Shown here piece by piece: positions 7,809 through 14,328 of a stretch of DNA of 14,328 nt; the stretch's first letter is position 1; every line of letters starts with the position of its first letter. Origin of the DNA: a virus (Duplodnaviria; Heunggongvirae; Uroviricota; Caudoviricetes); IMG/VR virus record IMGVR_UViG_2778261450_000002, positions 1 to 14,328 of that record; one strand, 5' to 3'. The notes beneath the pieces are model-generated. The model worked only from the letters and a program-made list of their open reading frames with translations. It was not told the DNA's origin and ran no database searches. The position numbers were made by a program, and so were the translations under genes.

Positions 7809-7836
7809 GTGTATTCACTCGTTGGAATGAATACAC
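7809..7836. other. 9-bp perfect inverted repeat (GTGTATTCA / TGAATACAC) with 10-nt loop, downstream of ral
   Basis: Exact reverse-complement arms at 7809-7817 and 7828-7836. Could be an RNA stem-loop or a protein-binding palindrome; no T-run follows. Confidence 0.3.
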
Positions 7837-7863
7837 AGTGCAGTGTTTATTCTGTTGTTTATG

Positions 7864-7894
7864 CCAAAAATAAAGGCCACCATCAGGCAGCCTT
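7864..7894 (-). terminator. intrinsic terminator with the ral stop codon in the loop
   Basis: Minus strand: AAGGCTGCC-TGAT-GGTGGCCTT (9 bp including two G-U pairs) then TATTTTTGG. Same architecture as the terminator at 2468-2492. Confidence 0.45.
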
Positions 7895-8083
7895 GTTGTT
7901 CTGTTTACCAAGTTCTCTGGCAATCATTGCCGTCGTTCGTATTGCCCATTTATCGACATATTTCCCATCCTCCATTACAGGGAACATTTCTTCAGGCTTA
8001 ACCATGCATTCCGATTGAAGCTTGCATCCATTGCATCGCTTGAATTGTCCACACCATTGATTTTTATCAATAGTCGTAGTCAT
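7883..8083 (-). CDS. ral: Ral-like restriction alleviation protein (66 aa)
   Basis: Sits immediately left of N as ral does in lambda. Has a Cys cluster (C-x5-C-x2-C-x5-C). The lambda Ral match (MTTTIDKNQW…) is recalled from memory, not aligned. Confidence 0.6.
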   Translation of the reverse strand: MTTTIDKNQWCGQFKRCNGCKLQSECMVKPEEMFPVMEDGKYVDKWAIRTTAMIARELGKQNNKAA

Positions 8084-8153
8084 AAGGATAGTCCTGGTAT
8101 TGTTCCATCACATCCTGCGGATGCTCTTCGAACTCTTCAAATTCTTCTTCCAT
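8067..8153 (-). CDS. 28-aa highly acidic micro-ORF between N and ral
   Basis: ATG at 8153-8151 preceded by GAGGTG, hand-translated as MEEEFEEFEEHPQDVMEQYQDYPYDYDY. Overlaps the ral start by 17 nt. Too short to call with confidence. Confidence 0.3.
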   Translation of the reverse strand: MEEEFEEFEEHPQDVMEQYQDYPYDYDY

Positions 8154-8161
8154 ATATCACC

Positions 8162-8488
8162 TCAAATAAGTGGTTTGCTGCCTAATTTCATTTTCTGGCG
8201 ACCAACACAAGTCAACCCCATTTCACTACGTGGCTTGCTGTACCATGTGCGCTGATTCTTGCGTTCAATACGTTGCAGGTTGCTTTCAATCTGTTCGTGG
8301 TATTCAGCCAGCACTGTAAGGTCTATCGGATTCAGTGCGCTTTCTACTCGTGATTTCGGTTTGCGATTCAGCGAGAGAATAGGGCGGTTAACTGGTTTTG
8401 CGCTTACCCCAACCAACAGGGGATTTGCTGCTTTCCATTGAGCCTGTTTCTCTGCGCGACGTTCGCGGCGGCGTGTTTGTGCATCCAT
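8162..8488 (-). CDS. N: antitermination protein N (lambda type)
   Basis: 108 aa from the ATG at 8488-8486: MDAQTRRRERRAEKQAQWKAANPLLVGVSAKPVNRPILSLNRKPKSRV…, including the arginine-rich RNA-binding motif. The ORF-track start at 8578 would be a spurious 30-aa extension. Confidence 0.9.
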   Translation of the reverse strand: MDAQTRRRERRAEKQAQWKAANPLLVGVSAKPVNRPILSLNRKPKSRVESALNPIDLTVLAEYHEQIESNLQRIERKNQRTWYSKPRSEMGLTCVGRQKMKLGSKPLI

Positions 8489-8598
8489 CTGGATTCTCCT
8501 GTCAGTTAGCTTTGAGTAACGCGCCGTGATGCTTATCTCCACGGTTGCTGTCTTGCAGCTGCATTTCGCGCTACTCAAAGCCTTCTGCTTTGAATGCT

Positions 8599-8629
8599 GC
8601 CCTTCTTCAGGGCTTAATTTTTAAGAGCA
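8599..8629 (-). promoter_or_regulatory. nutL (boxA TGCTCTTA and boxB GCCCTGAAGAAGGGC)
   Basis: Minus strand reads GATGCTCTTAAAAATTAAGCCCTGAAGAAGGGCAGCATTCAAAGCAGAAGG, matching the lambda nutL arrangement. Lies between pL and N. Confidence 0.8.
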
Positions 8630-8660
8630 TCACCTTCATGGTGGTCAGTGCGTCCTGCTG

Positions 8661-8741
8661 ATGGCTTAAAATTACAAGAAAGATTGTATGTTGTAAACAA
8701 GAAATATTGTAATAAGAGGCGTAAAAAACAAACTCCATTGT
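8661..8741 (-). promoter_or_regulatory. pL promoter with three 434-type operators (OL)
   Basis: Three 14-bp ACAA-N6-TTGT sites: ACAAGAAAGATTGT (8674-8687), ACAAGAAATATTGT (8697-8710), ACAAACTCCATTGT (8728-8741). The leftward transcript start region CATCAGCAGGACGCACTGACCAC follows on the minus strand. Confidence 0.8.
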
Positions 8742-8791
8742 TTTTAAACGGAAAATAGTTTGTTTTTTGGTTATAGAAATCGAGGTGAGGA

Positions 8792-10144
<1,353 letters not shown>

Positions 10145-10152
10145 GACATTCC

Positions 10153-10184
10153 CGCTCTTATACATCCCCGCCCTGAAAAAGGGC
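10153..10184 (+). promoter_or_regulatory. nutR (boxA CGCTCTTA and boxB GCCCTGAAAAAGGGC)
   Basis: Exact boxA/boxB-like motifs immediately downstream of cro. Confidence 0.8.
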
Positions 10185-10261
10185 ATTACCAGAGAAAAAA
10201 TCTCTATGGTTTTGCGTTTCTTTGCGAAGCCAACTCTATCTAATCATTAAGGAAATTATGT

Positions 10262-10543
10262 ATGGGTACTATTGCAACTAAAAGCAAGAAAGCGGCTCGC
10301 ATCGAGTCAGCCTTGCTGAACAAACTGGCACTGATGGGGCAGAAGACATTCGCTCGCGCGATGGGGGTTCCGGAATACCAGGTAAGCCGATGGAAGAATG
10401 GTTTCTTCTCGCAGGTAAGCATGATGCTGGCTGTTCTGGAATACGGAATCGAAGACGATGAAATGGCTGAACTGACTAAGCGGCTTGCCGATTACCTGAC
10501 AAAAGAAAAAGCCCCGAAGAACGGCGAATTCTTCGAGGCCTGA
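10262..10543 (+). CDS. cII: CII-like transcriptional activator
   Basis: 93 aa. The block …ARIESALLNKLALMGQKTFARAMGVPEYQVSRWKNGFFSQVSMMLAVLEYGIEDDEMAEL… parallels lambda CII (…LRIESALLNKIAMLG…QISRWKRDWIPKFSMLLAVLEWGVVDDDMARL…). Confidence 0.85.
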   Translation: MGTIATKSKKAARIESALLNKLALMGQKTFARAMGVPEYQVSRWKNGFFSQVSMMLAVLEYGIEDDEMAELTKRLADYLTKEKAPKNGEFFEA

Positions 10544-10577
10544 TGTAGAAAGACTGGATCAATCCACAGGAGTAATT

Positions 10578-10739
10578 ATGACAAAACGTCGTAAGAAATA
10601 CCAGGAAAAAGAAGAGATTCGACACCCTGATTCACCTGAGGGATTAGTGGTAGCCGCAGCAAATAACAGGGCGTTCGCAGAGCGCCTTGTTGGTGTTTAC
10701 AGACTAGCCAAAGCAGGAGTGAAACATGGGCGTCGTTAA
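10578..10739 (+). CDS. small basic hypothetical protein (53 aa) between cII and the O-like gene
   Basis: ATG at 10578 with AGGAG 5 nt upstream, hand-translated as [53 protein letters not shown]. Its 3' end overlaps the O-like start by 14 nt. Below the ORF-track cutoff. Confidence 0.35.
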   Translation: MTKRRKKYQEKEEIRHPDSPEGLVVAAANNRAFAERLVGVYRLAKAGVKHGRR

Positions 10740-11556
10740 GTTAGCTGATTACAGGCCTCAACTGGAGGTCGTGGAGCATCGCGTGGCAGAACTCGAAGAT
10801 GGCTACACTCGGACTGCAAACACACTGTTAGAAGCCGCCATGCTTTCTGGACTTACTCTACATCAGTTACTGATTGTTATGGCTGTGTGGCGCAAGACAT
10901 ACGGTTACAACAAAAAAATAGATTGGATCGGAAACGAACAGTTCGCTGAACTCACTGGCATGGCACCAACCAAATGTTCTACCGCCAAAAACGAGCTTAT
11001 CAGAATGGGAGTTCTCATTCAGGTGGGGCGTCAAGTTGGTATGAATACAAACATTTCCGAGTGGAAAACGAAAGTTAACGGATTCGGTAAAACATTTACC
11101 AATTCGGTAAAACAAACCTTCACCAAATCGGTAAAAAGCAATTTACCGAATCAGTCAAACACAAAAGACAATATACAAAAGACAATAAATACAAATACCC
11201 CCTTACCCCCTAACGGGGGCGGCGATGGGCAGGTTAAACCTGAACGTCGCAAGGCAGAACGAATCGACTATGAATCCTTCCTGAACGCCTACAACACCGA
11301 AGTCGGTGACAGACTTCCACATGCTGTTGCGGTCAACGAGAAACGCAAACGTCGCCTGAAGAAAATCATCCCGCAACTGAAAACGCCAAACGTGGACGGT
11401 TTCAGAGCGTATGTCAGGGCGTTTGTGCATCAGGCCAAGCCATTTTACTTCGGAGACAACGACACGGGATGGACGGCAGATTTTGATTACCTGCTGAGAG
11501 AAGACTCGTTAACGGGAGTTCGGGAAGGGAAGTTTGCAGACAGGGGGATTGCATGA
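10726..11556 (+). CDS. replication initiator, lambda O-like N-terminal domain
   Basis: 276 aa. N-terminal region (…[17 protein letters not shown]…[25 protein letters not shown]…NELIRMGVL…NISEW) parallels lambda O. The gene contains the iteron array. Confidence 0.85.
   Translation: MGVVKLADYRPQLEVVEHRVAELEDGYTRTANTLLEAAMLSGLTLHQLLIVMAVWRKTYGYNKKIDWIGNEQFAELTGMAPTKCSTAKNELIRMGVLIQVGRQVGMNTNISEWKTKVNGFGKTFTNSVKQTFTKSVKSNLPNQSNTKDNIQKTINTNTPLPPNGGGDGQVKPERRKAERIDYESFLNAYNTEVGDRLPHAVAVNEKRKRRLKKIIPQLKTPNVDGFRAYVRAFVHQAKPFYFGDNDTGWTADFDYLLREDSLTGVREGKFADRGIA
11082..11200. repeat. replication origin: iteron array followed by an AT-rich tract, inside the O-like gene
   Basis: Direct repeats of TTCGGTAAAACA at 11083-11094 and 11103-11114, a degenerate copy at 11127-11137 and an inverted copy TTACCGAA at 11143-11150. 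Then ACAAAAGACAATA x2 and an A/T-rich run (11161-11197). Same layout as ori-lambda. Confidence 0.65.
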
Positions 11557-12929
11557 GACAGGATATCGAAGCGAGCGTTATCGGTGGCCTGCTGATTGGT
11601 GGATTAACACCAACCGCCAGTGACGTTCTGGCAACGCTGGAGCCGGAAGCGTTTTCAATTCCGCTCTACCGGAAAGCCTTCGAGGTTATCCGCAAGCAGG
11701 CGAGAAACAGAAACCTAATCGATGCGCTGATGGTTGCCGAGGCGTGCGGAGAGGAGCATTTCACGTCAATCCTGATGACCAGCAAAAACTGCCCGAGTGC
11801 CGCAAACCTGAAGGGATATGCCGGAATGGTCGCGGATAACTATCACCGCCGTCTGGTGCTGGAAATCATGGATGAAATGCGTGAACCAATTCAGAGCGGA
11901 ACCATCGACGCATCGAGTCAGGCGATGGATGAGCTTGTAAAGCGTCTTTCATCCATCAGAAAGCCCCGTGACGAGGTTAAACCTGTACGGTTAGGGGAAA
12001 TCATTACTGACTACACTGACACGCTTGACAGGCGTCTGAGGAACGGAGAAGAGTCCGATACCCTGAAGACCGGAATCGAAGAACTTGACGCTATCACCGG
12101 AGGGATGAACGCGGAAGACCTGGTGATTATCGCCGCTCGTCCTGGTATGGGGAAAACCGAACTGGCGCTGAAGATTGCCGAAGGCGTTGCAAGCCGCGTT
12201 ATTCCTGGTTCTGACGTCCGGCGCGGAGTATTGATTTTCTCGATGGAAATGAGCGCATTGCAGATTGCAGAGCGAAGCATTGCCAACGCCGGGAGGATGT
12301 CGGTTAGCGTGCTGCGAAATCCTGCATCGATGGATGACGAAGGCTGGGCGCGCGTTGCTAACGGCATGAGTCAGCTTGCAGATTTGGATGTATGGGTAGT
12401 CGATGCCTCGCGGTTATCTGTCGAAGAAATACGCTCAATCGCAGAACGGCACAAACAGGAAAATCCAAACCTGTCACTCATCATGGCGGATTATCTTGGC
12501 CTGATTGAGAAGCCGAAAGCAGACCGCAACGACCTCGCAATTGCTCACATCTCCGGAAGCCTGAAGGCGATGGCGAAAGACCTGAAAACACCGGTTATTT
12601 CCCTGAGTCAGCTTTCACGCGATGTTGAGAAGCGACCAAACAAACGCCCGACAAACGCAGATTTGCGTGATTCAGGAAGCATTGAACAGGACGCAGACTC
12701 AATCATCATGCTCTATCGGGAAGCGGTATATGACGAGAACAGTAGCGCCGCGCCATTTGCTGAAATCATCGTGACGAAAAACCGTTTTGGCTCACTTGGT
12801 ACGGTTTACCAGCGGTTCTGCAACGGACACTTTGTTGCATGTGACCAGGATGAAGCCAGACAGATTTGCACAACATCAAATGCACCCGCTGCACGTGGCA
12901 GACGATATGCACAAGGGGCTGACGTATGA
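11553..12929 (+). CDS. DnaB-family replicative DNA helicase (phage-encoded, P22 gene 12 type)
   Basis: 458 aa. ATG overlaps the O-like TGA (ATGA). Walker A (ARPGMGKT), an Asp-rich Walker B region (…[10 protein letters not shown]…) and DnaB-like N-terminal domain. Confidence 0.9.
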   Translation: MRQDIEASVIGGLLIGGLTPTASDVLATLEPEAFSIPLYRKAFEVIRKQARNRNLIDALMVAEACGEEHFTSILMTSKNCPSAANLKGYAGMVADNYHRRLVLEIMDEMREPIQSGTIDASSQAMDELVKRLSSIRKPRDEVKPVRLGEIITDYTDTLDRRLRNGEESDTLKTGIEELDAITGGMNAEDLVIIAARPGMGKTELALKIAEGVASRVIPGSDVRRGVLIFSMEMSALQIAERSIANAGRMSVSVLRNPASMDDEGWARVANGMSQLADLDVWVVDASRLSVEEIRSIAERHKQENPNLSLIMADYLGLIEKPKADRNDLAIAHISGSLKAMAKDLKTPVISLSQLSRDVEKRPNKRPTNADLRDSGSIEQDADSIIMLYREAVYDENSSAAPFAEIIVTKNRFGSLGTVYQRFCNGHFVACDQDEARQICTTSNAPAARGRRYAQGADV

Positions 12930-13006
12930 CCATCTACATCACTGAGCTTGTAACAGGCCTGCTGGTAATCGCAGGCCTTTTTATTTGGGGGAGAGGGAAG
13001 TCATGA
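12926..13006 (+). CDS. 26-aa hydrophobic micro-ORF coupled between the helicase and ninB
   Basis: ATG overlaps the helicase TGA (ATGA at 12926-12929) and its TGA overlaps the ninB ATG (ATGA at 13003-13006). Reads [26 protein letters not shown], one predicted transmembrane helix. May instead be chance reading across the terminator. Confidence 0.25.
   Translation: MTIYITELVTGLLVIAGLFIWGRGKS
12955..12986 (+). terminator. intrinsic terminator (tR2-like position)
   Basis: AGGCCTGC-TGGTAATC-GCAGGCCT followed by TTTTATTTGG. Confidence 0.5.
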
Positions 13007-13443
13007 AAAAACTAACCTTTGAAATTCGATCTCCGGCACATCAGCAAAACGCTATTCACGCAGTACAGCAAATCCTTCCAGACCCAACCAAGCCAATCGT
13101 AGTGATCATTCAGGAGCGCAACCGCAGCTTAGACCAGAATCGGAAGCTTTGGGCTTGCCTTGGTGACGTCTCTCGTCAGGTTGAATGGCATGGGCGTTGG
13201 CTGGATGCAGAAAGCTGGAAGTGTGTGTTTACCGCAGCATTAAAGCAGCAGGATGTTGTTCCTAACCTTGCCGGGAATGGCTTTGTGGTAATAGGCCAGT
13301 CAACCAGCAGGATGCGTGTAGGCGAATTTGCGGAGCTATTAGAGCTTATACAGGCATTCGGTACAGAGCGTGGCGTTAAGTGGTCAGACGAAGCGCGACT
13401 GGCTCTCGAATGGAAAGCGCGATGGGGAGATCGGGCTGCATGA
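13003..13443 (+). CDS. ninB: NinB (Orf-family recombination mediator)
   Basis: 146 aa from the ATG at 13003 (GAGAGGGAAG RBS): [34 protein letters not shown]…, lambda NinB-like as recalled. Confidence 0.9.
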   Translation: MKKLTFEIRSPAHQQNAIHAVQQILPDPTKPIVVIIQERNRSLDQNRKLWACLGDVSRQVEWHGRWLDAESWKCVFTAALKQQDVVPNLAGNGFVVIGQSTSRMRVGEFAELLELIQAFGTERGVKWSDEARLALEWKARWGDRAA

Positions 13444-13967
13444 CTATCAAATCAAATACTCCAGCACACGACAAGGACTGCTGGCAAACGCCGCTTTGGC
13501 TTTTTGATGCACTGGATATTGAGTTTGGATTCTGGCTGGATTCGGCAGCGAGCGACAAAAATGCTCTGTGTGCTCACTGGCTAACTGAGGCCGACGACGC
13601 GCTCAATTCTGAGTGGGTAAGCCACGGTGCAATCTGGAATAACCCACCGTACAGCAATATCAGGCCGTGGGTGGAAAAAGCCGCTGAGCAGTGCATACAA
13701 CAGCGACAGACGGTAGTTATGCTTGTGCCAGAGGATATGTCAGTCGGATGGTTCAGCAAGGCTCTGGAGAGTGTTGACGAAGTTCGCATCATCACTGATG
13801 GACGGATTAATTTTATCGAACCATCGACGGGGCTGGAGAAGAAGGGAAACAGCAAAGGCTCAATGCTGCTGATTTGGCGACCGTTCATCAGTCCTCGACG
13901 GATGTTTACTACCGTATCCAAAGCGGCATTGATGGCGATCGGGCAGGGCGTCAGGAGGGCGGCATGA
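13440..13967 (+). CDS. phage Dam-like DNA N6-adenine methyltransferase (orphan)
   Basis: 175 aa. ATG overlaps the ninB TGA (ATGA). Catalytic NPPY motif (…[10 protein letters not shown]…) and the conserved WQTP…LF…LD N-terminal block. No restriction endonuclease partner in the window. Confidence 0.85.
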   Translation: MTIKSNTPAHDKDCWQTPLWLFDALDIEFGFWLDSAASDKNALCAHWLTEADDALNSEWVSHGAIWNNPPYSNIRPWVEKAAEQCIQQRQTVVMLVPEDMSVGWFSKALESVDEVRIITDGRINFIEPSTGLEKKGNSKGSMLLIWRPFISPRRMFTTVSKAALMAIGQGVRRAA

Positions 13968-14140
13968 GACGACAGCGACGAAGTATCACCGACATAATCT
14001 GCGAAAACTGCAAATACCTTCCAACGAAACGCTCCAGAAATAAACGCAAGCCAATCCCAAAAGAATCTGACGTAAAAACCTTCAACTACACGACTCACCT
14101 GTGGGATATCCGGTGGCTAAGACATCGTGCGAGGAAATGA
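13964..14140 (+). CDS. ninE: NinE-like protein (58 aa)
   Basis: ATG overlaps the methyltransferase TGA (ATGA). Reads [58 protein letters not shown], lambda NinE-like as recalled. Confidence 0.85.
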   Translation: MRRQRRSITDIICENCKYLPTKRSRNKRKPIPKESDVKTFNYTTHLWDIRWLRHRARK

Positions 14141-14142
14141 CA

Positions 14143-14328
14143 ATGGATTATTCACAGTTAAGTGATTTTGAAATTAACTTAAAAGTCGCGCATATCGTGC
14201 TAGGAAAAAACAATTACGACTGGGATCCAGAAAAGAAAGAAGTTTACTTGGCTGGAATTGATGGTGGTGAGTTTTTGCCTTGCGGATATTTCGACCCATG
14301 TAATATGGTGTCACGAACGGTGCAATAG
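14143..14328 (+). CDS. hypothetical nin-region protein (61 aa)
   Basis: ATG at 14143 with GAGGAA 6 nt upstream (an alternative ATG at 14137 overlaps the ninE stop). Reads MDYSQLSDFEINLKVAHIVLGKNNYDWDPEKKEVYLAGIDGGEFLPCGYFDPCNMVSRTVQ and stops at 14326-14328. Confidence 0.5.
   Translation: MDYSQLSDFEINLKVAHIVLGKNNYDWDPEKKEVYLAGIDGGEFLPCGYFDPCNMVSRTVQ

Noticed and set aside
10500-10560. oop-like antisense RNA terminator at the cII 3' end
   Set aside because: By analogy with lambda I looked for a minus-strand hairpin plus U-run here. There are only short imperfect palindromes (including GAATTC), not enough to call.
10867-12367. Minus-strand ORFs 10867..11115, 11203..11430 and 12011..12367
   Set aside because: They are antisense to the O-like and helicase genes and have no RBS or recognisable sequence.
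13574-14098. Minus-strand 174-aa ORF (and 13376..13558)
   Set aside because: It is antisense to the methyltransferase and ninE, both well supported. The translation is Ser-rich low-complexity sequence.

Overview
Apart from a LacY-family permease gene at the left edge (1-1248, probably sucrose permease cscB), the window is the early half of a mosaic lambdoid prophage. Reading left to right: a lone AlpA/Xis-like gene with no integrase beside it; a tightly coupled leftward accessory block of small unknown genes (2112-5098), one split by a frameshift at an (AG)4 tract; a non-lambda recombination module (DEDDh exonuclease, SSB, Rad52-like annealing protein); cIII-like, an acidic 103-aa protein, Ral and lambda-type N with nutL; a phage-434-type immunity region (OL, cI, OR1-3, cro) with a signal-peptide protein translationally coupled to cI where lambda carries rexAB; then nutR, cII, an O-like initiator with internal iterons, a DnaB-family helicase, NinB, a Dam-like N6-adenine methyltransferase and NinE. 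The best candidates for something undescribed are the cI-coupled secreted protein, the acidic proteins next to ral, the SSB with 15 residues beyond the normally terminal DDDIPF, and the unannotatable accessory block. All family assignments are from reading the translations and recalled motifs; no database search was run.
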